Assembly: GCA_016187225.1 (NCBI GenBank)
Contig: JACPKC010000010.1
Coordinates: forward strand, 67,541-131,540
Direction of reading: 5' to 3'
Origin: Candidatus Berkelbacteria bacterium
GTDB lineage: Bacteria > Patescibacteriota > UBA1384 > JACPKC01
DNA: 64,000 bases
Of this stretch, positions 34,643 to 44,809 are shown in pieces. The position numbers and the translations under genes were made by a program. Every line of letters begins with the position of its first letter. Positions within the stretch are counted from its first letter, which is position 1. Below the pieces are notes generated by a model. It had not been told where the DNA came from. It saw only the letters and a list, made by a program, of their open reading frames with translations, and did not search any database.

Positions 34643-37153
34643 ATGGTGAACCCTCAAGCCCAAAATAATTTGGAGATTCTCAAAAAAACGGCCGCTGAAC
34701 TCGGCCTTGAGCTTGTCGCACTCACCCAGGACACTCCTGAACAATCCGCCCTGGCTCTGGTGCCCGAAGCATTGGCGCGTCAATATCAGTTACTGCCTTT
34801 AACTCTTAAAGAGAAATCACTCACTCTCGTCTTAACTGATCCAGCGCTCTTGACAAAACCAGCGCCCAAATTTCTGCAGGAACTCAAGCAAAACGGGTAT
34901 CATCTGCGTTTGCAACTCACATCCAGCGAGGATTTTCAAACTGCTTTGGGAGCTTATCGACCACAAGTCAATGGCCAGAGGCCACTATCCAGAGTGAATA
35001 ACGCTCAAAGTCAGAACATGCAAGCGAAAACAACTGTGCAGGCAGGTCCTCAACCAGTAACTAGTATACCCCCAGTCGCTTCACCCGCACTTTCGGTGCC
35101 AGCCTCGGTGCATTCGGCGCAAGTCGAGTTAGTTATATTGAAAAGCAGAGAAGTGCCTTTGAACGTTTTAAACAAATTCCCCCAGGACGTGGCGAAAAAG
35201 TATCAGATGGTTGTGTTTGAACTTTCAGCCGACGGTCAGGAGGCATCCGTTGCCGCCCTTAAACCTAACGACCGTCGAATTCGAGAAATTCTCAAGTTTA
35301 TTGAGGCGCGAAACAAGGTTCGAATTCATTTATTCTCGGCGAGTAAAGAGGATATTGAAGGAGTATTGAAGCAATATGACACAGAGCACAGAGAAGACAA
35401 AAAACCAGCCCAAGCTCCAACGCCAATTTCTTCGATCTCTACTCCGCCTGCGCAGAAGTCAGCCATGGTTTCGGCGCCACTAAAGCCGAGTTTTGCGCCG
35501 ACAATTCTCACTCCTTCAGTGAAACCTAATTCTGTGTCGCGCATTCCACCCAAACCCGTTTCAGCGCCGCTCCCAGTTGTCCCCAAAAGACCTATCTTGT
35601 CGCCTTTGCCGACGCCGCTGGCGGCGCGGCCAGTTACGCCCATTGGGCCCAAAATCGGCGGCCTTACACCAGCTCAACCAATTGCGCCCGAGACGCCAAA
35701 TAGTTTGGGCACGACCGATCTTAAATCATACCAAGAAGCAATCATTCGTAATTCTGCCACTCTTCGAGATCCAAGTACGCCGGTTCCAACGGTCGAAGTT
35801 GGTGATTTACAACTCCCAACCAATCAACTTGGCGTGGGCGAGTTGCCGGAAGGACAAGCGCCGATTATGATAACCAATATCGGCGCAGAAGATAAAAATC
35901 TCGACATAGTTCTCGGCACGACCGTTGAAACTTCTGAACAACTTGAGCAAATTCTTAAATCTGGCATGGTGCCAAAAATTGTCGCCGCGATCGTGTTTTA
36001 CGCCACTGCCGTGGCCGCATCCGATATTCACATGGAGGCTGGTGAGAAAGAGGTTCGGATTCGCTTTCGTGTTGATGGCACTTTACAGGAAATTATCAAA
36101 TTGCCGGTTCAACTTTTGGCGCCGATTGTGTCGCGCATCAAAATTTTAGCCAAACTCAAAATCGATGAATCGCGCATCCCGCAAGATGGCCGTTTCGGGG
36201 TGATTGTGCAAAAGCGGGAAATTGATCTGCGAGTTTCAACCCTGCCAACAGTTTTCGGCGAAAAAGTGGTTATGCGGATTCTCGATAAAGAAAAAAGTTT
36301 GAAAAAACTCACTGAATTGGGTATTCAGGGTACTAATCTCGCTCGAATCCAGTCAGCAATCAAAGACCCCTTTGGTATCATTTTAGTGACTGGTCCGACC
36401 GGTTCAGGCAAGACCACAACACTTTACGCGATGTTAACTGAACTCAATACCGCAAGTGTCAACATTGTTACTCTCGAAGACCCGGTCGAGTATCAGCTTG
36501 ATGGCATCAATCAGACCCAGGTCAAGCCAAAAATCGGCTTTGGTTTTGCCGATGGTTTACGTTCAATTCTGCGGCAAGACCCGAACATTATTATGGTTGG
36601 CGAGATTCGCGATGGAGAGACTGCCGGCCTGGCAACTCAAGCCGCGTTGACCGGTCACCTGGTGCTTTCAACTTTGCATACCAACGACTCATCTGGAGCG
36701 CTTCCCCGGATGATCGATATGCACGTTGAACCATTCCTCCTAGCTTCTTCGGTGAATATCGTGATTGCCCAGCGTTTGATTCGTCGCTTGTGCTCAAAGT
36801 GTCGCCAGCCAGCCTCAATTCCGGCCGAAACTCTCACTCGCATTCAGCAGGAGCTCGCCTCGGCATTCGCTCCTGAACTTAAATCAGCGGCGAGTAAGCA
36901 ACTTTCTTTCTTCGGCCCAAATCAAAAGGGCTGCAATGTCTGTCATAATGGTTATAAGGGTCGGGTCGGGATTTACGAAGTTCTAATTACCAGTCCGGCT
37001 ATCGCCGATCTCGTTCTTGCTAAATCCGCCTCGTCCAAAATTGCGGCTAAAGCTCACGAAGAGGGGATGATCACACTTAGAGAAGACGGCATCCTTAAAG
37101 CCATGCAAGGTGAAACATCGCTTGACGAAGTCATTCAAGCCACCAGCGAATAG
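34643..37153 (+). CDS. pilB: Type IV pilus assembly ATPase PilB (GspE family) with two T2SSE_N-like domains and a long Pro-rich linker
   Basis: Walker A GPTGSGKTTTL, Asp/His boxes, tetracysteine CSKC...CNVC. N-terminal ALALVPEALARQYQLLPL and PQDVAKKYQMVVF units. Confidence 0.9.
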   Translation: MVNPQAQNNLEILKKTAAELGLELVALTQDTPEQSALALVPEALARQYQLLPLTLKEKSLTLVLTDPALLTKPAPKFLQELKQNGYHLRLQLTSSEDFQTALGAYRPQVNGQRPLSRVNNAQSQNMQAKTTVQAGPQPVTSIPPVASPALSVPASVHSAQVELVILKSREVPLNVLNKFPQDVAKKYQMVVFELSADGQEASVAALKPNDRRIREILKFIEARNKVRIHLFSASKEDIEGVLKQYDTEHREDKKPAQAPTPISSISTPPAQKSAMVSAPLKPSFAPTILTPSVKPNSVSRIPPKPVSAPLPVVPKRPILSPLPTPLAARPVTPIGPKIGGLTPAQPIAPETPNSLGTTDLKSYQEAIIRNSATLRDPSTPVPTVEVGDLQLPTNQLGVGELPEGQAPIMITNIGAEDKNLDIVLGTTVETSEQLEQILKSGMVPKIVAAIVFYATAVAASDIHMEAGEKEVRIRFRVDGTLQEIIKLPVQLLAPIVSRIKILAKLKIDESRIPQDGRFGVIVQKREIDLRVSTLPTVFGEKVVMRILDKEKSLKKLTELGIQGTNLARIQSAIKDPFGIILVTGPTGSGKTTTLYAMLTELNTASVNIVTLEDPVEYQLDGINQTQVKPKIGFGFADGLRSILRQDPNIIMVGEIRDGETAGLATQAALTGHLVLSTLHTNDSSGALPRMIDMHVEPFLLASSVNIVIAQRLIRRLCSKCRQPASIPAETLTRIQQELASAFAPELKSAASKQLSFFGPNQKGCNVCHNGYKGRVGIYEVLITSPAIADLVLAKSASSKIAAKAHEEGMITLREDGILKAMQGETSLDEVIQATSE

Positions 37154-37161
37154 GAGTTCCG

Positions 37162-38268
37162 ATGGTTGAGACGCAATCCACGCAAGCCATGTTGGGCGCC
37201 AACGATCGCTCACTTTCACCACATTTAAGCGAGATGCTTAAATTCGCAATTGAACATAGCGCTTCTGACTTACACATTCAAATCGGCGTGCCGCCAGTTA
37301 TCCGCATCGACGGCAAACTTCGCTCGGTGCCAGATCAGCCCCTTTATACTCAAGAATCGGCGGCCGCCGACGTGCTTTCGAGTCTAGGGACCGTGCAACG
37401 CGAACGCTTTGCGACCGAACGCGAACTCGACTTTTCTTTTACCTTTGAAACGATGCGCTTACGTTGCAATGTTTACTATGAAAAAGGCAACATCGTCGGC
37501 GCTTACCGATTAATTCCAACTCAAATTCGAACTGTTGAACAACTTGGCTTGCCGCCGGTTTTGGTTCAGTTAACCGAACACAAACAAGGACTCGTGATTA
37601 TTACTGGCCCAACTGGCCATGGCAAATCCACCACGCTGGCGGCTTTAATCGACCATATTAATCACAATCGCTCCGAGCACATTATTACAATTGAGGATCC
37701 AATCGAGTACATTTTCGCAAATCAGAAAAGCGTCATCTCCCAACGTGAAGTGGGCTTCGATACCAAAACTTTCGCCAATGCCTTGCGCGCTTCCATGCGC
37801 CAAGACCCGAATGTAATTTTAGTCGGTGAGATGCGCGATTTGGAAACGATGGCTTCAGCGTTAACGCTCGCTGAAACTGGTCATTTAGTTTTCACAACTT
37901 TGCACACCAACTCCTCGGCCGAAACCGCTGATCGCATTATCGATGTCTTTCCGCCGCATCAACAACAGCAGATTCGCTCTCAACTTGCCTCGGTTTTATT
38001 GGGCGTCATTTCTCAACGTCTCCTGCCTAAAATCAATGGCGGGCGAGTTGCGGCGGCAGAAATTATGCTGGGCACAACCGCCGTTCGAAATACCATTCGC
38101 GAGGGCAAGACTCATCAGCTCGACAATATTATTCTCACCGGTTCAGCCGAGGGTATGATTAATCTCGATGCTGTGCTTGCCGGTCTCGTTAATAAGGGGG
38201 AAGTTACAATTGACGATGCGATCAACTGGGCGCGCGATTCTAAACAACTCAAGATTAATATCTTTTAG
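37162..38268 (+). CDS. pilT: Twitching-motility retraction ATPase PilT
   Basis: About 368 aa, Walker A GPTGHGKST, MRDLET and TGHLVFTTLHT motifs. Confidence 0.9.
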   Translation: MVETQSTQAMLGANDRSLSPHLSEMLKFAIEHSASDLHIQIGVPPVIRIDGKLRSVPDQPLYTQESAAADVLSSLGTVQRERFATERELDFSFTFETMRLRCNVYYEKGNIVGAYRLIPTQIRTVEQLGLPPVLVQLTEHKQGLVIITGPTGHGKSTTLAALIDHINHNRSEHIITIEDPIEYIFANQKSVISQREVGFDTKTFANALRASMRQDPNVILVGEMRDLETMASALTLAETGHLVFTTLHTNSSAETADRIIDVFPPHQQQQIRSQLASVLLGVISQRLLPKINGGRVAAAEIMLGTTAVRNTIREGKTHQLDNIILTGSAEGMINLDAVLAGLVNKGEVTIDDAINWARDSKQLKINIF

Positions 38269-38270
38269 TT

Positions 38271-39353
38271 ATGCCCGAGCCCGTAAAAAAACCCGCCCTC
38301 AAGTTCGAGATTGATATTCCTTTTTTGAATAATGTTTCAGTGAGAGAGAAGTCTTTTTTAGCGCGCCAGCTGGCCACGATGCTTGCAAGCGGTTTGGCGC
38401 TTAATCGTGCCGTGGCTATTCTCGTAGCTCAAACTCAAAACAAAACCCTTAAAACGGCGCTTCAGGGTATTGAAACAGATCTCGAGGGCGGCTTGCCGTT
38501 TTCGGGCGCAATTGCCAAACATCCAAAGATTTTTGACCGAGTTTTCGTGAACGTGGTAATTTCGGGCGAAAGCGTGGGGCGCTTGGCGGATGTGCTCAAT
38601 CAACTTGCCGACCAGCTTGAAAAAGATTCCGGCTTCATGAATCGAGTTAAAGGCGCTCTGGCTTATCCAGCCTTTGTCTTTGTGGCGATGATCGTTGTCG
38701 GCGCAATTACGATGGTTTACATCATTCCGCAACTTCAAAGTGTCTTCGAGGAAGCCGGCGCCGAATTGCCATTTTTAACTCGCATGATTATCGCTATAAG
38801 TCATTTTCTACAAAACTATTGGTGGTTAATTATTATTTTTGTCGTCGTAGGTTTAGCTGTTGGTCGCACATATTTTCGTTCCAAAGCGGGCGAGCGTCTC
38901 TGGGGGCTGATTCAACTTCACCTTCCAGGGCATCTTGGCTACGATATCTATATGGCCAGGTTTAATCGCACCCTGGGAATGCTCGTGCAAGCCGGCACAC
39001 CAATTATCGAAGCAATCAGTGTCACGGCGTCGGTGATGGATAATCTGCTTTATCGCGAGTATTTGGCGGCGGCGGCCGATCAAGTTAAACGCGGCGTCCC
39101 GCTTTCCGTGCCTCTTCAAAAAACCGCGCTTTTTCCGCTCATTGTTGGCCAGATGATCGCAGTTGGCGAGCAAACAGGTCGCCTCGATCAGATTCTCTTA
39201 AAACTCGCCGAGTATTATGAAGAGGAAGCAGATAGTAAAATCAAGCAATTAAGCAGTTTAATTGAGCCGATTGTAATCGTTTTGATCGGTGTTGGAGTGG
39301 GGATTCTTGTCTATGCGATCCTGGTGCCAATCTATAATATCGCACAGTTCTAA
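38271..39353 (+). CDS. pilC: Type IV pilus platform protein PilC (T2SS F family)
   Basis: Duplicated T2SSF domains, 3-TM topology. Position pilB-pilT-pilC. Confidence 0.9.
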   Translation: MPEPVKKPALKFEIDIPFLNNVSVREKSFLARQLATMLASGLALNRAVAILVAQTQNKTLKTALQGIETDLEGGLPFSGAIAKHPKIFDRVFVNVVISGESVGRLADVLNQLADQLEKDSGFMNRVKGALAYPAFVFVAMIVVGAITMVYIIPQLQSVFEEAGAELPFLTRMIIAISHFLQNYWWLIIIFVVVGLAVGRTYFRSKAGERLWGLIQLHLPGHLGYDIYMARFNRTLGMLVQAGTPIIEAISVTASVMDNLLYREYLAAAADQVKRGVPLSVPLQKTALFPLIVGQMIAVGEQTGRLDQILLKLAEYYEEEADSKIKQLSSLIEPIVIVLIGVGVGILVYAILVPIYNIAQF

Positions 39354-39870
39354 GGGTTTTACGCTTTTAGAGCTCATGATCGTTATCACGATCGGCGGTA
39401 TTTTAATTAGTGTTGTCGGCATGAATTTTTCGTCAACGCGAAGGCAGGCGCGGGACGCGGTGCGGAAAAGTGACGTTGAGGCGATTCAAACGGCGCTCGA
39501 GCTTTATTACAACGCTCACAATGAGTTTCCCAATTTCAATACCTGGGCAACGAGCAATAACTCGATCGGATCTGGCAATTGGGCCTCGCTTCAGCAGGAT
39601 TTAAGCCCATATTTAAGTTCAATGCCGACCGATCCGGTGAATGCGAGTGGAACTACGCCTGAAAATGGCGGGCTGGCTTACGGCTATCTATCCACAGCCG
39701 CCTATGGTTGCACTGGACAATGGTATGTTCTTGTTTATACACTTGAAGTTGAGAACGATCCCGCTTTAACTCGAAGCCCAGGGATTTCTACTTGCAACAG
39801 TCAAACGCTTAACGATAGCAACCTTGCAAGCGCTCCTTGGACGTTTTGGGTCGGTGTCTCTGGGAGTTAA
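39313..39870 (+). CDS. Prepilin-type N-terminal cleavage/methylation domain protein (pilin)
   Basis: Class III signal ...SSKG|FTLLELMIVITIGGIL. The start lies inside the pilC 3' end (ATG 39313). Confidence 0.8.
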   Translation: MRSWCQSIISHSSKGFTLLELMIVITIGGILISVVGMNFSSTRRQARDAVRKSDVEAIQTALELYYNAHNEFPNFNTWATSNNSIGSGNWASLQQDLSPYLSSMPTDPVNASGTTPENGGLAYGYLSTAAYGCTGQWYVLVYTLEVENDPALTRSPGISTCNSQTLNDSNLASAPWTFWVGVSGS

Positions 39871-39970
39871 AATATGCTAGAGTAATCAAAAGGTATTTAT
39901 CGATCGAAGTTGAGAACGTCTTGGCTCTATCGGACAAAAATTATCACTCACAATAATAAAAGGAGGCAGA

Positions 39971-40465
39971 ATGAATTTACATAGAAGTAAACAACGAGGT
40001 TTCACGCTCCTCGAGCTCCTCGTTGTGGTTGCGATTATCGCGATTTTAGCCGCGGTGATTGTGGCAAACTTAAACTCGGCGCGAAGTAAGGCAAATGATG
40101 CCAAGGTGAAGCAGGATCTCAATGGCGTCGATCAGGCACTTGCAGTTGCGACCGCTGACCCATCGGTTCTTGGATCGGCGCCTTTAAACGCCTTAAATAA
40201 TGGCGGCGGCGTTTTAGTTGATATCGACACCGAAACGGCGCTAACAGTTAATGGTTATCTTAAGACTTTTCCAATTCCACCATCGGGTATAACGCAATAT
40301 AACTATCGTAGCAACTATTCCAATGGGATTTTCGGCTATGTGTTGTGGGGTACACTCTCAACAAAAACTGGCGCAAACAATGACTGCTGGGTTATAAACA
40401 CCGGTAACGCTTTTCAGTCGAACGGCTGTCTTGCCGCCGATACAACTGGTGTAACACTTCCGTAA
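39971..40465 (+). CDS. pilA: Type IV pilin, likely major subunit
   Basis: MNLHRSKQRG|FTLLELLVVVAIIAILAAVIV. Strong AAAGGAGG SD and its own 100-bp upstream region. Confidence 0.8.
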   Translation: MNLHRSKQRGFTLLELLVVVAIIAILAAVIVANLNSARSKANDAKVKQDLNGVDQALAVATADPSVLGSAPLNALNNGGGVLVDIDTETALTVNGYLKTFPIPPSGITQYNYRSNYSNGIFGYVLWGTLSTKTGANNDCWVINTGNAFQSNGCLAADTTGVTLP

Positions 40466-40478
40466 TTTAAGAATTTTC

Positions 40479-41273
40479 ATGTCGGAGTTTGAGCAAGCGG
40501 TCAATTTTTGGCCGCTTGCGGCGATTTTTGGTCTGTTTTGGGGTTCATTCTTGAATGTTCTTGCTTTGCGCTGGGGTTCAAAGTATCGAGGCTTGACACT
40601 CGCAGAACGGAGTCACTGCCCAAAGTGCCAAAAAATTTTAAATTGGCACGAGCTTCTGCCCCTAATAAGTCTTATACTTTTACACGGCCGTTGCCGAGGC
40701 TGTCGAAAAAAAATTGACTTGCGCTATCCAGGCGTTGAAATTTTAACCGCAGTTTTTCTTGGGGGAATAGTTTTTAAGTATGGGTTGTCAGCTCAAGCCT
40801 TAACTCTGTCAGTTGCCGGGAGTTTGCTTTTGATCGCGGCGCTAGTTGATTTTGAAACTCAAATTTTACCCGATTCTTTAGTTGCAAGCGCTTTCGTTTT
40901 AACTCTCCTTGTAACACTTTTACTGGGTCAATCAGCGCTTGTGAATCTAGCGTTTCCAGTTTCCAGTTGGTGGCGGGGCGCCTTAACCGGCGGGTTGATC
41001 ATCGGCGCGATTTTTCTTCTTACGCGTGGGAAGGGGATTGGTTTTGGCGATGTTAAATTAGCGACCGTGCTCGGATCAGTAGTCGGTATGAGCGGCGCCC
41101 TACTTATGTTGTGGAGCGCGTTTATTTTGGGCAGTCTTGTGGGCGGAACACTTCTACTTCGTCGCCGCGCAACCTTAAAGACCGCTCTTCCATTCGGCCC
41201 CTTTTTATTTGCTGGCTGGCTGATCGCGCTTTTTTGGGGTCGTGACATCATTGCATGGTATACTCAATTATAA
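40479..41273 (+). CDS. pilD: Prepilin peptidase / N-methyltransferase (A24 family)
   Basis: Cys-rich N-domain CPKC...CRGC, polytopic, GFGDVKL catalytic Asp motif. Confidence 0.9.
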   Translation: MSEFEQAVNFWPLAAIFGLFWGSFLNVLALRWGSKYRGLTLAERSHCPKCQKILNWHELLPLISLILLHGRCRGCRKKIDLRYPGVEILTAVFLGGIVFKYGLSAQALTLSVAGSLLLIAALVDFETQILPDSLVASAFVLTLLVTLLLGQSALVNLAFPVSSWWRGALTGGLIIGAIFLLTRGKGIGFGDVKLATVLGSVVGMSGALLMLWSAFILGSLVGGTLLLRRRATLKTALPFGPFLFAGWLIALFWGRDIIAWYTQL

Positions 41274-41292
41274 TATTGACGGGTAATAAGTT

Positions 41293-41796
41293 ATGCGTAA
41301 AAACGATACTAATCAGGGTTTCTCGCTTATCGAACTCTTAATCGTCATGGTTATTATTGGTATGTTGGCAACCGTCGTTACTATTTCGTCTTCAGCCTCA
41401 AGGGCGCAGGCGCGCGATAGTCGCCGCAAATCCGATGTCCAGACCGTGGCCGCGGCGCTTGAAACTTATCGAGTTGAGAACAAAGTTTACCCAACCGAGA
41501 ATAACTTCTCCGGAAGCTGGGACGACCTCAAAGTCGTGCTTTTCCCCGATTTTATTTCCGAATGGCCCGACGATCCACAAGGCAATGCCAGTCAATATGG
41601 CGAGGGGTATGTGTACGCAACCGACTCGCTTGGTTCGGCTTACGCGCTTGACGTCACCTTAGAAGGGGATGAAGACGTAACCTTGCAACCCAACGAAATC
41701 GACGAAACTTTGACAGTTAATCCAGATGAAGATTTTTTCGTCACAGGTATCTATAGTTATGGCGGCGACACCCATTACCGCTTCAGCGGCCGGTAA
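41293..41796 (+). CDS. Prepilin-type pilin
   Basis: MRKNDTNQG|FSLIELLIVMVIIGMLATVV. Confidence 0.8.
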   Translation: MRKNDTNQGFSLIELLIVMVIIGMLATVVTISSSASRAQARDSRRKSDVQTVAAALETYRVENKVYPTENNFSGSWDDLKVVLFPDFISEWPDDPQGNASQYGEGYVYATDSLGSAYALDVTLEGDEDVTLQPNEIDETLTVNPDEDFFVTGIYSYGGDTHYRFSGR

Positions 41797-42283
41797 GGGC
41801 TTTACCCTTATTGAACTTATCATTTCGATGGCGATCATCGTGATGCTTTTAGGTTTGGGAATTCCAGCTTTTCGACGCTATGGTTTACGAGCTGATCTAG
41901 AAAATGCAGGTGTGACTTTAGCCACTAATATCTTTCGGGCGCGCACTTTAAGTTTGGCGCCCGAAGCGAGCAAAGAAGGTAATATCACGGCCTACGGCGT
42001 TGCTTTTGATGCTCTGAATAATAAATACCGCATTGCGCGCTTTAGTGGCGAGGGGGCAAACGTTCAAGAAGAAAGCGTCGTCGATCAATTTCTTTTACCC
42101 AATCAGGTCGCTTTTTCGGTTGCGCCTGCCGAGCCGATTCTTTTTCCGCTTGCTCTTCAAGGCGAGCCGGCCCAGCTGCCCGCGGATAGCAACCTCGCTC
42201 TTTTACACACTCGACTCGCCCAAAACAACTCGCGGACTATAAACATCAATCAAGTTACCGGTCAAGTCAGCTTAGAGGAGTAA
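41759..42283 (+). CDS. Minor pilin (GspH/FimT-like)
   Basis: ...AAGKG|FTLIELIISMAIIVMLLGLGIP. Start taken at ATG 41759, overlapping the upstream pilin gene. Confidence 0.7.
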   Translation: MAATPITASAAGKGFTLIELIISMAIIVMLLGLGIPAFRRYGLRADLENAGVTLATNIFRARTLSLAPEASKEGNITAYGVAFDALNNKYRIARFSGEGANVQEESVVDQFLLPNQVAFSVAPAEPILFPLALQGEPAQLPADSNLALLHTRLAQNNSRTININQVTGQVSLEE

Positions 42284-42284
42284 A

Positions 42285-42905
42285 GTGAAGACAGCTTTCA
42301 ACGCGCCACCGGCGACAAGAGGTTTCGGCTTGCTTGAGGTTGTGCTCGCAACCGGTATTTTGGCGCTCGTTGTTACTGGCGCAGTGGCGCTTTTGAATGG
42401 CGCCTTGCGCCGAGCGAATTTGTCAGCCGAGCGAACGACGGCTATGAACCTTGCGCAAGAGGGGATTGAGCTTGTTCGAGCCGCTCGCGATATCACCTTC
42501 ATTGACGATGAGAATAATGCTTGGGATGCAAATTTACCGATCTCAACCGATGAAGGCACTTTGCAAGCGGCTGGTAGCGATCCTTATGGAATTGCTTATG
42601 TGCTTGTACCGGGAAGCGGTGGTCTTTATGCATGGCAACTTAGAAAAAATTACCCGCCCACAGCATTCATTGGCGGTGGGATCGCAAATGGCATCCAAAC
42701 CATCCCACTCAATGATATCGATTACCAGCGTGAGGTTTATGTAACCGTGCCATCACTTGGTTACGTTACGCAGGCTGGCTTGCCAAATGGCGTCACCGAT
42801 GACGATATTATCCGCAAGATTAAGGTAATTGTGCGATGGGGAGATAGCGCCGGGCAGGCGGTTGAGTCGATTACTTATCTCACTAATTGGCGAACGGGAA
42901 CGTGA
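42285..42905 (+). CDS. Minor pilin (PilV-like)
   Basis: ...PATRG|FGLLEVVLATGILALVV. GTG start 4 nt after a GAGGAG SD. Confidence 0.7.
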   Translation: MKTAFNAPPATRGFGLLEVVLATGILALVVTGAVALLNGALRRANLSAERTTAMNLAQEGIELVRAARDITFIDDENNAWDANLPISTDEGTLQAAGSDPYGIAYVLVPGSGGLYAWQLRKNYPPTAFIGGGIANGIQTIPLNDIDYQREVYVTVPSLGYVTQAGLPNGVTDDDIIRKIKVIVRWGDSAGQAVESITYLTNWRTGT

Positions 42906-43492
42906 TGACCAAAGGCTTCACTCTTATAGAGGTGCTTATTGCTTCATCGATTTTTGTTGGAGTGCTAATGATCGGCACAATCTCTTTCAGTTCAACAAGC
43001 ACAAAAAGTGAAGAGGTGAAGCACATTCAAACCACAGCGCAAACCGCGAGATTGATTGCCGAGGCGATTTCACGCGATGTGCGAGCCTCTACCGGTGAGA
43101 AAGCGCCCGATGGCACATATCTGCAGTATCCTTTTACGCTTTTTAGTAACAATCAAAAAGTAACCTCTCTCGTATTGGGCGTAGCGAGTGGCGACGCACT
43201 CGAAATTGCGCGCTACGATCCGACTACGCAAGCTATCGTTACAAAGAAATATGCCGTAACTCTAAATGGCAATGGCGAAGAAATTTTTTCGGTCAGTAAA
43301 AATGGGGGAGTGGCCGAATCGCTTCTTCCAACTGGTTACTCAATTCAAGGCGTCTATTTTTGGGCTGTAACGCATGAACTTGCGGCCGATCGTTTTTATC
43401 CTTTTGTGAAATTCAGTTTTGCTGTTGTTCATAATGAGTCGGGCACTTCACAAAGAATCAGCTCGGCCGTTGCCACGCGGGAACTGTTCTAA
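42905..43492 (+). CDS. Minor pilin (PilW-like)
   Basis: MTKG|FTLIEVLIASSIFVGVLMIG. GTGATGA stop/start overlap with the upstream gene. Confidence 0.7.
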   Translation: MTKGFTLIEVLIASSIFVGVLMIGTISFSSTSTKSEEVKHIQTTAQTARLIAEAISRDVRASTGEKAPDGTYLQYPFTLFSNNQKVTSLVLGVASGDALEIARYDPTTQAIVTKKYAVTLNGNGEEIFSVSKNGGVAESLLPTGYSIQGVYFWAVTHELAADRFYPFVKFSFAVVHNESGTSQRISSAVATRELF

Positions 43493-43644
43493 ACACAGTT
43501 GATATCCGCGTATCATTACGAGGAGCCAAGGGCGACGGAGTAATCTGGTAAAGATTACCGCATAGTCGAAAAGTCTCGACAAATTTGAGCAGAAACATGT
43601 ACACTCGGCGGAGTTTTGTAATCTTTCCAAGGAGGTAAGTTGTT

Positions 43645-44778
43645 GTGCGTATTTTCTTCATTCTGGCTTTCAGCCTCCTCTCGGCCGTGCCTACCTGGGC
43701 GAAGCTAAGCGAGCAGGAGGTCCGAGCTGTTCTCATCGGAGTGGAAGAAGACAATTTAAACGATCGCTATAGCGAGTCGTGGTGGACACGAGAATTTCGT
43801 CTTTTCAGTGGCACGAACGACGAGTGGTCGCTTGATTCTTACACTCGACAACATGTGCAAAAAGAAATCAGTCGACTCCGGAGTGGCAAAACTCCACTCC
43901 GTATCTGGGAGTATGATCCAGGTCATGCGATTGTAGTCATTTACCATCTCTGGGATAAAGATCAATCCAGGCTTGTAACGAGTTCAATCGCGCACCTTGT
44001 GCGAGAGGAGGGTCGCTGGAAACAGTCGGCAAGTTCCGGAATCTGGTTGAATTATAGTGTCCTCGGTTTCCCGCGAGCAACTCCAGCTTATCTTGATCAG
44101 GATTTCGCAAAGTCTAAAAGGAACTTCTTGAACAAGAAACCCAAGAAGACTTTGGTGACCGCGGCTCAAAAAGCGCTTAAAACACTTATCCCAAAGTACG
44201 ATCTGGGGGGAACATTGTCTTCGAGTAAGTGTCTGCGTGTCATACTTTGCGAGGGTTGGAACGAGCAACGTAAAAAGTCAACCATCAAACTTTTAATTGA
44301 GCTCAATCAACCACTTACTTCAAACACATACTCAAAATACGTCTTGTTCGAGGTTGGATTGGACGACCTGGCAACAGGGAAAACGCTTGTCGTGCGTCCA
44401 CTCGATGAAAATGGAATTTTTGATTTCCCAAAGGTAGCGATTTCATACGAACTAGCCCCTCAAGTTGCGTTTGGGCCGACACGCCAGGCGCTTGCCGAAG
44501 CGAAAGGCGCGTATAAACAGGGGTGTGTTTTGTTTGCATCCTGGTGCGCCCTGAACCGACTCGATCGCGTTCAGACCTACTTTTCTTCTGACAAGCAGGG
44601 GAAAGTATGGTGGCAGGCGGCTTTCCCATTCGCCAAACTAACGTGGCAGAATGTCGAGCTCGTTGAGTTTAGCTCCGCCAAGGTCAAGCTCATCTTGCCC
44701 ACCCGGCACGGAAAAACCGCGGTTGTCTTAGTGAAAGAAGGTAATCGTTGGCGCGCCCAGTCGGTCGACAATGAGTAG
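43645..44778 (+). CDS. Secreted hypothetical protein (377 aa)
   Basis: AAGGAGG SD before the GTG start. Signal peptide MRIFFILAFSLLSAVPTWA. No recognised domains. Confidence 0.55.
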   Translation: MRIFFILAFSLLSAVPTWAKLSEQEVRAVLIGVEEDNLNDRYSESWWTREFRLFSGTNDEWSLDSYTRQHVQKEISRLRSGKTPLRIWEYDPGHAIVVIYHLWDKDQSRLVTSSIAHLVREEGRWKQSASSGIWLNYSVLGFPRATPAYLDQDFAKSKRNFLNKKPKKTLVTAAQKALKTLIPKYDLGGTLSSSKCLRVILCEGWNEQRKKSTIKLLIELNQPLTSNTYSKYVLFEVGLDDLATGKTLVVRPLDENGIFDFPKVAISYELAPQVAFGPTRQALAEAKGAYKQGCVLFASWCALNRLDRVQTYFSSDKQGKVWWQAAFPFAKLTWQNVELVEFSSAKVKLILPTRHGKTAVVLVKEGNRWRAQSVDNE

Positions 44779-44809
44779 ATGAGTGGCGGGGCAGGTCGCT
44801 CAATTTTCC

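Noticed and set aside
39745-39918. Exact 13-nt repeat gaagttgagaacg inside the first pilin gene (39745-39757) and in the spacer before the major pilin gene (39906-39918)
   Set aside because: It is a single short repeat with no extended flanking similarity. That is insufficient to argue for pilin recombination or variation. It is noted only in case longer silent cassettes exist elsewhere in the genome.
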